From Thecamonas trahens ATCC 50062 (lineage: Eukaryota > Protista > Apusomonadida): a stretch of 64,000 nucleotides of DNA. Shown here in pieces: positions 10,975-21,987 of the stretch. Made by a program: the position numbers and the translations under genes. The stretch covers positions 434,001 to 498,000 of the forward strand of contig NW_013657676.1 of the NCBI RefSeq assembly GCF_000142905.1, given 5' to 3'. The notes under the pieces were generated by a model, which was given only the letters and a program-made list of their open reading frames with translations, was not told the DNA's origin and did not search any database. How positions within the stretch are numbered: position 1 is the stretch's first letter; every line of letters begins with the position of its first letter.

Positions 10975-13220
10975 ATGGACGCGTCGCTCTCGGGTATCCT
11001 CCGCATGGTCATGACGGCGCCCGACATGGAGAGCAAGGTCTCGGGCATGCGCCAGCTGGAGGTCCGGGTCCGGGCCACGCCGGAGCGATTCCACTCGCCG
11101 CGGCTCGCTGCCTGGCTCACCCGACAGCTCGGTACCACCACATCGCCTGCTCCTCTGCCTGTGGTTGCCATCACCGTCGTCCTCCTCTCGCACCTCGCTT
11201 CCACCCCCATCGGTCTTGCCGTCCTCCGTGGCACCCGCGACCTGCCCTCGGCTTGGGCCGCCGGCTTTGCCGCCGCAGGCACCTTTGCCGTCGGCGCCTC
11301 GCTCCGGGCTGCCCTCCTCAGCCTCATCGACAAACTCATCGAAGGCGCAGACGATGAGCCCTTTGACTGGTTCTCCACAGAGCGCCACGCCTGCATCGTC
11401 GCCGACTCGCTCACCACAAGCGGTCGCGAGCAGGAGCAGGCCGCCAAGGTCCTCGCCTGCATGGCCCGCCAACCGCGGGTCGCAAAGTTCCTCTGCGACG
11501 GCGGCTATGCCACCTCGCTCATCCGCGCCCTCGCCCGCCCCTCGCTTGCTCTTCAGCAGTACGCTCTCGCCACTCTGGTCCGTATGACCGAAGTCGATCG
11601 CGCCTGCGGCATCCTTGCCGGTCAGCGCTCCACCGCCCTCAAGATCCTGGCCAAGCTCTCGGCCTCGTGGGACGCGCCGGCGCTTCTTCGACTCACCAAC
11701 TTTCTAGTCAACCGCATCTCGCCCACCGTCCAGCTCCAGCCCGTCGCCCAAGAGGTCAGCCCCGCTGCGCCGGCTCGCCCTGCTGCCTCCAAGCCTGCCG
11801 CGAGCTTCCTGGCCCTTCCCGGCGCGGCAGGTGGCGACCAAGCATCATCGAGTGAGAGTTGCGACCAAGTAGGCCTTCGTCCACGCAAGGTCTCGACCTC
11901 GAAAATCGACGGCCTCATTGCCGAGCTCGGCATCGACGAGCCACCGCCGTCGCCGATGGCCTCGCGTCCGCCGTCATCCAGCAACCACACCGAGTCCGAG
12001 TACGCCGAGCTCCTCGGCGACGTCTCGCAACTGAAGATCCCAGATCCGGGCTCCGAGTCGCGCCCGAGCTCGTTTGGCGAGTCGCCTCCGCCGGCTGAGG
12101 CTGAGTCCGAGCCGCCACTTTTGCCGCTTCGTGGCCGCAAGGCCCGTGGCATCAAGTTTGAGACCCTGTTCTCCATCCTCCACGACGGCGCCGAGTACGA
12201 CAGCACATTTGACATGGCTCCGGCTGCGCCGCCCGTCACTGTTGATGGGCGCGGCGCAGAGGCTGCCGCCAGCGAGCCCTCGCCGGATCCCGTGCCCGAT
12301 CCCGTGGTTGAGCACTCCAACAGAGCCAGTAGCGGCTCGTTCGAGTTTGGCTCAGAGCCACCGCTTGTCACAGACTCGGGCTCCGACTCAGACCTAGAGG
12401 AAGTGATGGAGGCTGCCAAGACCGAGGCCGAGGTCGGCGCCGCCCTTGACGCCATCATGGGACCGGATCTCGGACTCGACCTCAGTGGCAGCGGTCCAAC
12501 TGCGCAGGAGAAAGCCGATGCAGCTGCAGCGACCGAGGCCGAGGTCGACGCTGCCCTCGACGCCATCCTCTCGCCGCGCAAGCCCGCCAACGAGGCCGGG
12601 CAGGCTGACCCGCCGCAGCAGCCGACGCTTGTCGACGAGCTCTACCACCAGCTCGCCCGTGAATGCGACGAGAGTCTCGACATCGAGACTGTCGAGGAGC
12701 TCGCCGCCATTCTGCCGGTCTCGGTCATTCGCGACCGCCGACTGAGCATGATGATTGCCGCCGACCGCCGCCCAGCCTCACTTATTGTTCGCGAGTTGTG
12801 CGACAAGCTCGAGCCCGTGGTTGCCGCCAACGCCGACGCGCTGGCCCCGCGCGAGCCGACCACAGCCGACGAATTTGACACCATGCTCGCCGACTTTGGC
12901 ATGGACGATCTCGACCTTGACTTTGCTGATGCCGACGCTGACGTCGAGCTGCAGCTGGAAAGCCTCTCCAAGCGCGCTTCGTTGACTGTCGACAGCCCAG
13001 AGCCGCCGGCTCGGCTCTCCCCGCGGTCCGCGACTCGGTCAACTCGCTCGAGGAGCTCGAACTGCTAACAGGCGTCATGGGCGAGGGCACTGTCGCCGAT
13101 CTCGACGACCTGCTGGCCTTTACTATCAGCAACTCGGCTACCGACGCCTTGGCCACCGTCGACGACGACGCCCAGCTATACTCGACACTCAACGACATTC
13201 TCGGCGAAGAGCTCGTGTAG
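10975..13220 (+). CDS. Hypothetical protein: ARM/HEAT-like helical N-terminus and acidic disordered C-terminus; probable 1-nt frameshift near 13020
   Basis: Long ORF with strong codon bias. Coding-like sequence continues in the -1 frame (AVRDSVNSLEELELL...ILGEELV*) to TAG at 13220. Confidence 0.65.
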
Positions 13221-13255
13221 CGGAACAGGTGCAGAGGTAAAGCCAGTCGTTCGTG

Positions 13256-14077
13256 TCAGAGCTCGTCATGATCACGGTGCACTGCCGCCAACGCTGCACG
13301 TGCTGCCGCTAGCCGTGCCATAGCTTTCTCGACATCAGCAGCATCAAAGCTCTCATGCCCCATCTGCTGCGAGGCCTGGGCCATATCGCCTCGAGCCTGC
13401 GAGCCGTAGTTCCGCGCATTGTTCGCCGCATGCGTCTCCTGGATCCGGGCACGGACATGGTTCTCGTAGCTCTCTGCGTGCCGCCGAACAGCGGCTGCGA
13501 GGCTCTCAGGCGTTGCGCTCGCGGCATCGGCCACGAACGCCGAGCCCGCCAGCGCCGAAGGGCGGCGTGCGGCGGCTCGAGCCGCAGCATGCGAGACGGC
13601 GTGCGAGATCGGAATGCCGTCGCCGATTATGGATACACAGGCAGCGCGGGCTTCAGCCTCAGCAGCAGCAGCATCGTGCGGGCTGTAGGCCAGCGCCTCA
13701 GCGGCGTCGTCGAGCCAGGCCCGCAGCGCAGCGCCGTAGCGGGCGAGCAGCGGCTCGCACAGCGGATAGACGTGGTTGTCTTGCGAGCCGATGCGGCAGA
13801 GCGCAGGCGTCAGCAGCGCCGCCCGCGCGCTCTTGCCCACCACGGCTCGACGACCGGCATCGGCTTCGACATCAGAGTCGGCAGCCTTGGAGAGGTGGAA
13901 GGCGTGCACGCCGAGGGCACGGGTGAGGAGGCAGCGGCAAGCGTCGACGGCGTCTTCCGTCATCAGTGCCATGGCTCCCGGCACCGTCGGCGCCTCTTTC
14001 TCGGCCGCTGCCGCAGGCATGACTAGCACCAGGGTGAGGAGGGCGACCAGACTAAGAGCAATGTGTATGAGTGCCAT
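13256..14077 (-). CDS. ER-lumen protein, saposin-like/Canopy-like, HDEL-terminated
   Basis: Signal peptide, CRC...LC...LCEPLLARYGAALRAWL...C cysteine spacing, C-terminal HDEL. Confidence 0.6.
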   Translation of the reverse strand: MALIHIALSLVALLTLVLVMPAAAAEKEAPTVPGAMALMTEDAVDACRCLLTRALGVHAFHLSKAADSDVEADAGRRAVVGKSARAALLTPALCRIGSQDNHVYPLCEPLLARYGAALRAWLDDAAEALAYSPHDAAAAEAEARAACVSIIGDGIPISHAVSHAAARAAARRPSALAGSAFVADAASATPESLAAAVRRHAESYENHVRARIQETHAANNARNYGSQARGDMAQASQQMGHESFDAADVEKAMARLAAARAALAAVHRDHDEL

Positions 14078-14182
14078 GGCAACCGCAAAGAGAGATGAGG
14101 TGGTGCCACTCGTCACCGGGAAGCTCGCCGTGCGGTGCGTGCGGCTCAGGTCCAACAGGCATGCCGGGCCGGGCTTGGCGGT

Positions 14183-15371
14183 TTATGCCCTGCCGCTCGA
14201 CGCCGATTCAGACGGCGGCGGCGGGGAGGAGGGGGGCGAGCCAGGACGGAGGCGGACGCGGGTGCGGCGAGTCCGGGTCCGGGTGATTCTGCGCGGATCG
14301 CGCCGCCAGAGCACAATCTCCTGCTGCTTGTAGTAGCGGCGATCGGTGGCATCGACGAGAACGAGGTTGAGGTAGTACCGGACCGAGAAGATCTTGATGC
14401 CCTCGTGGTAGGTCGGCGTGAGCGGAAAGCCACCGAGGAAGAAGCGGACTGGAACGCTCTCGCCATGGACGGGTGCGCCGTCCATGATTTCAAACTTGGC
14501 CAGCGTTTGTGTGTCGGTGTACGCTTGAGCCTGCGGCAGGCCGGTAGACTCGGACCGGGTCAGGGCCAGCTCCATGAACTTGATGGGCACGCGGACCAGG
14601 AGAAAGAAGACCTTGCCAACAATGACGTCGCGCAGATGATACTTGGACGAGGAGTACTCAAACTCAATGTGCAGTGACTCCTCGATGCCGACCTCCATCT
14701 TGATCGAGTTGTTGATGGCCGGCGGCTTGTTGTAGACGTGAACCCAGAGCTCCTGCTCGTGGACGACAGACTGCATAAGCGACCGCACAATCGTGACACG
14801 GATCACGTACCGGACCCGCACGTTGGCGCCTGCGTACGACTCGAGCGGGCAGTGCGGGACGCCGAAATCAAACGGGAACAGCGCCACGCCCGCAGCCAGC
14901 TCCCCCGGATCAGCCAACGCGTACGCCTCGTGGACAAACTGCGACCTCGAATCACGGTCGTAGAACAGGGCCATGTCACCCACCAACTCGACGACAATGC
15001 CGTTGTGCTCCATCGGCCTTGCCGTGTCCACCGTCACCGCCCCAGACATGGCCTCTCCGCTCACCACCACCGGCAGCAGCACGGGCTCGTCTACACCCAC
15101 CACCCACGCGCACATACGGTGAGCCATCCCTGCACCACACACACATACACACATACACACAACATCATTCCTCTTCGCAGCAGCTTACCTTGTCCGTCTA
15201 GCGCCAGAGGCACGCACCTCCGCGGAGTGACTGCATCGTCCAGCGCCACCGCCACCTCGACGTGCTGTCCAGTAAAGAGAGACTGTGGCGGGGGAGCAAG
15301 GTGGTGAGTATGGCGTGTGTGGTGTGGTTAGAGATGGTGGCAGAGGGGGGTAAGGGACTACATACCAGCAT
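14183..15371 (-). CDS. VPS26: Retromer subunit VPS26; exons 15371-15366, 15282-15189 and 15090-14183
   Basis: EHNGIVVELVG, ESYAGANVRVRY, IKMEVGIEESLHIEFEY, FEIMDGAP and YYKQQEI. Donors GTATGT and GTAAGC have phase-compatible AG acceptors. Confidence 0.95.
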
Positions 15372-15952
15372 GGCGAGGTGGATTGGTATGAGGAGGGGGG
15401 GTGGAGTGTGGGTGGGCACGGGTAGGTAAGGTGGTTGTGCGCGTCTCGGCTGTGCGCGTGACTGTGACCGGCTTCGGCCAGGGTGCGGCGTGGGGGAAGA
15501 GCGATGATGAGGCCAAGCTATGGTTGATCGGGTAGGTGTAGGCACGAGTTCAGTGGATGCGGATGCAGATGTTGAAGGGAGGAGATGTTGCCCATGTGTG
15601 ATGAGAGATAGTCCAAGGCAAACCAGGCGAGGCCAGTCGAGGCAAGTCACAGGCCTGGTCGAGGCAAGGCAAGGCGAGGCGAGAGGATCCCTCGGTCTGC
15701 CTCACTCGGGAGTAACCCAGACAGAGCGGATGTGAGCGACAGGAGGTGGGGACACCTCATCGGGGACGTGGACATTCTTGTCTCGAGCACAAGCACAAGC
15801 ACACAAGCACACAAGCACCCACACACACACACACACATACACACACACACACACACAGGTGCGCGCATACACACGGATATACGCATACTCTTTGCCCCTC
15901 GCTCTATCTCTTTTCTGTGCTTACGCGTTCTGGGGAATAGCAAGCGGTGGTG

Positions 15953-16532
15953 ATGCAGTCGACGCGGACAGCGATGACGACGACGATGACAACGGCGGCA
16001 ACGACGACAGAGAGAGCCAATGAGCTCGTTCTTCAACTGGCGGCAGATGATGCAGAGCCGGAGGCGGCAGTTCCCTCGCGGAGAGTCCAGTGGGCGCCGG
16101 ATGTTGTCGATAACGAGCATCTCAACAAGAAGAGTTCGAAGAGTACGTGGTCAGGCAGGGGAAGAAGTCGGGGTGTGGGCGACGTCGAGCAGAGTGACTC
16201 ACATTAAGGCGGGGGATGGGGCAGTCTGCTGTGTGTATCACAAGCCACGGGCGTTTGGAGAGTCATCGTCTGAATCGGCATCGTCAGACATGTCGGACGA
16301 CTACGAGACGCGGATGAGGAAGATTCGGATGCGGCGGAAGAAGGCCATCGAGGCTGCACGGCGGAAGCATGCCGAGGAGGGGGCACACGTGCATGGGGAA
16401 GAGTGCATGCACGGCGATGAGAGTGGGGGCGGAGGCCATGGGCACGATGACAACGACGGCCTGGGTGACGCGCGCCACGGATCAGACGCCATCTCTGGCG
16501 ACGGCGCGGCGTCGTCGATGCCGCACCCGTGA
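15953..16532 (+). CDS. PPP1R11: Protein phosphatase 1 inhibitor-3 (PPP1R11/Ypi1); intron 16143-16224
   Basis: RRVQW PP1-docking motif, and VVDNEHLNKKSSK|ICCVYHKP is reconstituted by splicing GTACGT..CAG. Confidence 0.92.
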
Positions 16533-16553
16533 CGCATGCGCCTTGAAAGTCGC

Positions 16554-17456
16554 TTAAGCGCTTGGCGGCGACGGAAGGTCGAAGAAGATCGGACGCGACG
16601 GGGCAGCGTCCAGAGTAACGGGTGCAATGCCCAACGAGAGCCCGTAGACTCTGTCGGTGAGCTCGGTACCAAAGTAGGCCATCTCGGTAATGGTCGCGCG
16701 GCAGCGGGTTGCAGCGTCTGCGGGCCCGTTAAACTCCACATCGACACCCCAGAACGCGCGATGGGCGCGGAGGCCGCCGCCGTCATCCTCACGATCCATC
16801 GACGGCAGGTCGATGACCAAGTGGTTGACGCCGAGGCTGGCAACCCATGCGGCGGCCTCGGGCAGCAGATACACCGGATTGGTGCCCGAGTAGGCCATGG
16901 CGGCCGCGGCCTGGCGGCTAACTTCAGGCGCCATTGTGCGGATGCAAAGTGCAGCCAGCGGGACATTGGCGTCGGCCCAGGCGGCGAGCGCGGCTGCATG
17001 CGATGCAAACGCCGAGTCGAGGGCGGCGCGAGATACGACCCGGTCGCCTACCGCCGCGTTCGGGTAGCACATGTCCGGGTCGTCGCTTGAAGCCAGAGCC
17101 GCGGCAGTTGCCTCGTCCAAGACGGTGATCTCAGGCGTGAGCAAGAGGGCCAGACCTGTGGCGCACACGACCGGCGCGGCCAGATCGCGTGCGACGGCGT
17201 CGACGGTGGCGCCACAGGTGGTGATGTGGCCGATGCACTCTGTGTGTGTACCAGCGCCATGAAAGCAGACAGTAACCACATCACAGTTGCACGAGCCGCC
17301 CTTGGCCACTGCGCCGACATACGAGCCAACAGCAAAGGGAGTGGCCTCTGGCGGCGGGATGGAGAAGGCCGACACGGTCTCTGCTGCCGACGGGGCGACA
17401 GGCAGCGAGGCGTCCCACAGCGGCAGGCCGGCGGCCAGCAGCGAGGACGACGACAT
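16554..17456 (-). CDS. Cyclase-family metal hydrolase (kynurenine formamidase KynB-like)
   Basis: HGAGTHTECIGH metal motif, IDLPSMDREDDGG, AHRAFW, TITEM and DAAPSRP. Confidence 0.85.
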   Translation of the reverse strand: MSSSSLLAAGLPLWDASLPVAPSAAETVSAFSIPPPEATPFAVGSYVGAVAKGGSCNCDVVTVCFHGAGTHTECIGHITTCGATVDAVARDLAAPVVCATGLALLLTPEITVLDEATAAALASSDDPDMCYPNAAVGDRVVSRAALDSAFASHAAALAAWADANVPLAALCIRTMAPEVSRQAAAAMAYSGTNPVYLLPEAAAWVASLGVNHLVIDLPSMDREDDGGGLRAHRAFWGVDVEFNGPADAATRCRATITEMAYFGTELTDRVYGLSLGIAPVTLDAAPSRPIFFDLPSPPSA

Positions 17457-17691
17457 GAGGAAGGTGAGGCTGAAGAGGGGAGAGAGGGGAGGGGGGGGGG
17501 GGGGGTGGAGAGAGGTGGAGGGGGGAGGGGGAGGGGGGGGGAGAGGGGGGAGCGCCTTGGCCGCAGGCACGGGTCACGGAGCACGGGGGACGGGCACGGG
17601 GGCAATGGGGCGGGCCGGCCGCGTGGGGGCAAGGCTTGGGGTAGGGATAGGGAAGCACTTGTCTCTCTTGGGGACAGTTTAGAGGCAGATC

Positions 17692-19130
17692 ATGACGCTG
17701 TCGGACAAGCAGAAGATGCGACTGTAGGTGGTGGGGAGGAGGGGGAGGGGGGGGTGAAGGGTATATGGATATGGAGGGGGGGGGGGGGGCGAAGGCGGGG
17801 TGGGGGTGGTGCGGGAGACTGGACAGTGGACGGGCTTGGAGGGTGCCAAGTGTGCGTGTGATGCCAGAATGACTGATACAAGGATGGAGTGGTTGGGTGT
17901 GGGTGATGCGGGGTGTCGGGGATGGGCAGGAATGTGGCTGTGGCAGAGTATCTGTACCATACGGGGTATCCGGGGGTAGGCGAAGCCTTTGTCGAGGCTG
18001 CCGGCGTTGACTACGATAAGAGATCCAAGTACTCGGCGTCACTGGAGCGCAAGTGGACCTCGTTGCTCAAGCTGAGCAAGAAGATCCGGATGCTACAGGC
18101 AGAGTTGGATGAGGCCAAGGCGTTGCTGGCGCTGGGTCCGATCCGCAAGCCCGCCGCCGAGGCTGGGTTCCTCCCGGCGGCGACGGCCACGTACGAGATG
18201 CGTGCGCACCGCGACGAGATCTCGTCGCTCGTTTTTCACCCGACCGAGCCCGTGCTGGTCACCGGCGGCTACGACTCGACGGTGCGGTTCACCGACTATG
18301 AGACCGGCGAGTCGCTGGGCAAGCCGCTCCGCGAGTCGGGCGCGGTGTCGGCGGTCGCGGTTGATGCGAGCGGCAGCTTGCTGGCATCGGCCTCGGTCTC
18401 GTCCATCCGAGTGTGGCAGTGGGAGTCGCGAAAGCGGCTCAAGTCGCTGACGGGGCACGAGGCCGATGTGTGGGACGTGGCATTCACTCCCGATGCCTCG
18501 CACCTAGTCTCGGCGTCTCGCGACACGACGGTGAGGGTGTGGACGCTCGACACCGGGTTCTGCGTCAAGATTCTTAGCGGGCACTCGGAGTGGGTGCGTA
18601 GCGTCAGTGTCGCGCCCAACGGCGAGGTGTACGCCTCGGCTGGCGCCGACAACACGGTGTGCGTTTGGGGTGCAGACGACAGCGCCCCACGGGCGGTGCT
18701 CTCGCACCACAGTCACGTGGTTGAGGTTGTGGCGTTTGCGCCGGCCACTGCGAGCGTGCACCTCGCCAAGCTTCAGGGCGTTGATGCTGATGAACCTACT
18801 GTGGCTGCGGCACAGTATGTGGCGTCGGGCGGGCGCGACGCGATGATCCACGTCTACGACGCCGCGGCCGGCGCGCTGGTCGCTTCGTTTGCCGGCCACG
18901 ACGGCTGGGTCCGCGACCTCGCGTTCCACCCGTGCGGTGAGTTCCTCCTCTCATGTGGCGATGACAAGTCGGTCAGGGTCTGGTCGCTGGCGAGCGGCAA
19001 GTGTGTCAAGACATACACCAAGGCGCACAGCGTGTTTGTGGGAGCGATGGCGTTCAACGTCCGCTCGCCGGTTGTGGCTACTGGCGATGTCAGCGGTGGG
19101 CTGAAAATCTGGAACTGTGTCGCGCCGTGA
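17692..19130 (+). CDS. PAFAH1B1: LIS1/Pac1/NudF dynein regulator; exons 17692-17723 and 17930-19130
   Basis: Spliced N-terminus MTLSDKQKMRLNVAVAEYL (LisH), LERKWTSLLKLSKKI coiled coil, WD40 repeats (GHSEWVR, GHDGWVR). Confidence 0.93.
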
Positions 19131-19151
19131 TCAACTGGAGGCCAAGCTGCC

Positions 19152-20618
19152 TCAAAACTCGGTGTAGTCGGACGGACGGCGCCGGCGGGCGCGTACAAGC
19201 AGCGGCACAGCGACAAGGGCAATGCCCGCGAGCAGGAGCGCCCCAAAGACGAGCATGACGGCCGTGTAAGCCGAGCCTGTCTTCAGCTGCAGCCGCGGTT
19301 TGAGCGCCGGATACTCAAAGATTCGGGCCTCGTACAAGATGGCGCCGAGCGTCCACGACATGTCGTAGTTGTTGACCTCTTGCACAAATGCGATCGGGGC
19401 AGACGGCGCGAAGTTGTAGCCTTCGAGGAGGAGTGCCGAGGTCCACATGGCAATGAAGCACGGGTGGTCCTCGTCGTAAGCTGGCGGAAGCGCGGCCGCC
19501 TGGGCCGATGCATCCAGCGCGCAAAACGCACGGGTTGCCGCGCGGTACGCCTCGGGTGTGTGGGTCGTGTTGAGCGCGAAGCCGACAGCACGAGCGCCAG
19601 CCGCGTAGTTGTCAGTGGCGTAGAAGATGCCGGTTTCCGGGCCGTGGCGGGCGAGATCCGGCTGATACTGACCTTGCATGCCGCAGCTAGTGTACGGACA
19701 CGAGTCGGAAGCGTTGAGGAGCTGCACTGCAAGCATCTCGCAGAGGGTGGCGTTTGACGAGCCAAACAGCGTGATGCCTGCCGCGGCCGAGGTATGGTTG
19801 GCGCCGAGCGGCTCGCATGGATCGTAGTACGCGTTAGGTATGCCCGGCACTCCGGCATCAGGCAAGGTCTTGAGCACGTTGTACATTCGGTACCGGGCCT
19901 GGTTCTTGCCGTACAGCAGATACGAGGTGGTGTACACACCCGGCGTGTACGGGGCGGTGTAGGCGCTGGGAATGTCGGACGGCGAGAGATTCCGCGGGGC
20001 AAAGGCAATCTGAGTCGAAGCTCCACCACAGTCGAGAATGCCAACGGTAGCGTTGATCGGCACAGTCCGGCGGAGGTTGCCGAGCGCCTGGTTGACGGCC
20101 ACGTACATGTACGCGCCCTCGTGGGTGCCCTCGATGACCCGGGCGGCGCGGATGCCCGGGACGATGGAAAAGTCGGTGAGCGCCTTGAACGAGGCAATCA
20201 CCTCGCGCATCAGAAAGTCCTGCTGCACTTGTGGCAGCAGGCGGAGGCCAGCAGTGGCACGGAGAAAGATTGGCGTGAGGTACTGCTTCGAGTCCGGCAC
20301 CTGGCTGTCGGCAAACTCGAGCAGTGGCCGCAGATACGCCCGCACCTCGGCTGCCGACGCACCGCCAAACTCGGAGAGGCCTGGCTTGATCTTGAGAAAG
20401 ACTGGGTGCGCGTTCACCTCCGGATAAGTCCGATCCTCGGGCGGGTTAGCATACCAGGTGTAGACGTAGACCCGGGTGCCCGACGAGCCGGCGTCGAGCA
20501 TGACACCATACCGCAGCTGTCCTGCCGTATCCTTGACCAGCCCACCACAAAGCAAAGCGACGAGACCAGCCACAGCCACCACCATGCCAAGGAGCACAAC
20601 TATCATACCCACACGCAT
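19152..20618 (-). CDS. GDA1/CD39-family ecto-NTPDase (apyrase) with N- and C-terminal TM helices
   Basis: Apyrase conserved regions DAGSSGTR, ATAGLR, EG, DCGGASTQ and WTLG. Confidence 0.93.
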   Translation of the reverse strand: MRVGMIVVLLGMVVAVAGLVALLCGGLVKDTAGQLRYGVMLDAGSSGTRVYVYTWYANPPEDRTYPEVNAHPVFLKIKPGLSEFGGASAAEVRAYLRPLLEFADSQVPDSKQYLTPIFLRATAGLRLLPQVQQDFLMREVIASFKALTDFSIVPGIRAARVIEGTHEGAYMYVAVNQALGNLRRTVPINATVGILDCGGASTQIAFAPRNLSPSDIPSAYTAPYTPGVYTTSYLLYGKNQARYRMYNVLKTLPDAGVPGIPNAYYDPCEPLGANHTSAAAGITLFGSSNATLCEMLAVQLLNASDSCPYTSCGMQGQYQPDLARHGPETGIFYATDNYAAGARAVGFALNTTHTPEAYRAATRAFCALDASAQAAALPPAYDEDHPCFIAMWTSALLLEGYNFAPSAPIAFVQEVNNYDMSWTLGAILYEARIFEYPALKPRLQLKTGSAYTAVMLVFGALLLAGIALVAVPLLVRARRRRPSDYTEF

Positions 20619-20793
20619 GATGCCTGACTGGGCTGGGTGCAACGACAGGTGATGCTGGCTGATTGGCTGATGCAGGAGTCGGTCGAGATGTGCCGAAGGT
20701 CCGTTGGTCCGCAGGTGTGCGGGGCAAGGGGGGGGGGGGGGGGGGGGGGGGGGCGCTTGGGACAGCGATGAGGCGGTGTCCTCCAGCAGAGGA

Positions 20794-20913
20794 CGATCAA
20801 GCATGGGCGATTGCGCTCCGGTACGCCGTGTTTACGCATCCACAGGCACCCGGCGATCAAGCTTGGGGAAATGCGCTTCGGCAATTGATGTTTACGCATC
20901 CACAGGCAGAAGG
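20794..20913. repeat. Imperfect 60-bp tandem duplication in a divergent intergenic region
   Basis: CGATCAAGC...TGTTTACGCATCCACAGGCA occurs twice with 60-bp spacing. Confidence 0.85.
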
Positions 20914-21145
20914 CCTATGGCGAGCGCTGTGCAGATGGAGCGATCATGCATGGCCGAAGGGGCCGCCAAATGTCTTACCTGACCGATTCCGTACCGTAAC
21001 GGGCTAAACGTCGGCGGCGAGGCATGTGGCGGCGCTCGCTCGCTGACCTCACCGTCGCAGCAAGTTCATGAAGAGGGAAGAAGGGGGGAATGCTTCTCGG
21101 AGATAAAGTCACTCATCTCGGTCACAGTACAAAGAAACAGAAAAC

Positions 21146-21949
21146 ATGGGAAGGACACGCGAGTGGCTGGTGGTGGCGTTGGTGGCGCTGGTCGTGGTGG
21201 CGCTGGCCTGGCCGGCGGCGGGGAAGAAGGGCGAAGGGGCGGCGGCCAAGGTGAGCGAGGACGACGACGACTTTATGGACATTGAGGACTTTTCGTGGCA
21301 GATTGCCGACGACGCCGAGGAGGTCTGTCTGCAGTACTGCAAGGAGAAGCGCAAGCGGCCGTTCCTCTGCAACGTCTTCTCCCAGCTTGTCGGCATGGTC
21401 GCCGACCATACCCTCGGCTCGGTCAACCGCTTCCTCAACTTCCGCAAGGAGGCCATCCTCAAAAAGTACTACGACCCGATCTTTAAGCTCGAGCTGACGA
21501 CCAAGCTCCGCGAGTCTGCTGCGTACACCGTCGACAACGACGTCCGCAATGCCACAGAGATTCGTGAGCACTTTAACCAGCGCTTCTTCCAGTGGTTCGT
21601 CATGTCCTCGCTCTCCGACAAGGGCGCGGCTGGCCTCTCCGGCTCGGAGCTCTCGTCGCTCGGCGGCGGCGGCGCCGGCGCGGGCTTGGGCGGCCTTGGT
21701 GGCGCGCTGGCAGGCATGGGTGGTGCCGGCGCCGGCTCGCACCCGCCCGGCTCGCCCGAGGCCGAGGCCATTGCCGCCTTCCAGCGTTCGCAGGCTGGTG
21801 GCGCCGGCGGCTTCGACATGTCGCAGTTTGACAAGCCCAAGACGCCCGAGGAGCAGGCGGCCATCGACGCCTTCCACCGCTCGGTTGCCGAGGGCAAGAT
21901 CGATCTTTCCGCGCCTGCCGCTGCGGCTGATGACCACGACGAGCTGTAA
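21146..21949 (+). CDS. Hypothetical ER-lumen protein (signal peptide, Gly-rich linker, HDEL)
   Basis: Hydrophobic N-terminus, strong codon bias, ends DDHDEL. Confidence 0.75.
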   Translation: MGRTREWLVVALVALVVVALAWPAAGKKGEGAAAKVSEDDDDFMDIEDFSWQIADDAEEVCLQYCKEKRKRPFLCNVFSQLVGMVADHTLGSVNRFLNFRKEAILKKYYDPIFKLELTTKLRESAAYTVDNDVRNATEIREHFNQRFFQWFVMSSLSDKGAAGLSGSELSSLGGGGAGAGLGGLGGALAGMGGAGAGSHPPGSPEAEAIAAFQRSQAGGAGGFDMSQFDKPKTPEEQAAIDAFHRSVAEGKIDLSAPAAAADDHDEL

Positions 21950-21987
21950 ACGCCCCATCACAACGACACGCTCGTGCCATTCTGCTC

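Noticed and set aside
13060-13070. CTAACAG looked like a branch point plus acceptor
   Set aside because: It reads as coding (ELLTG) in the shifted frame and no matching donor was found; a frameshift explains it better.
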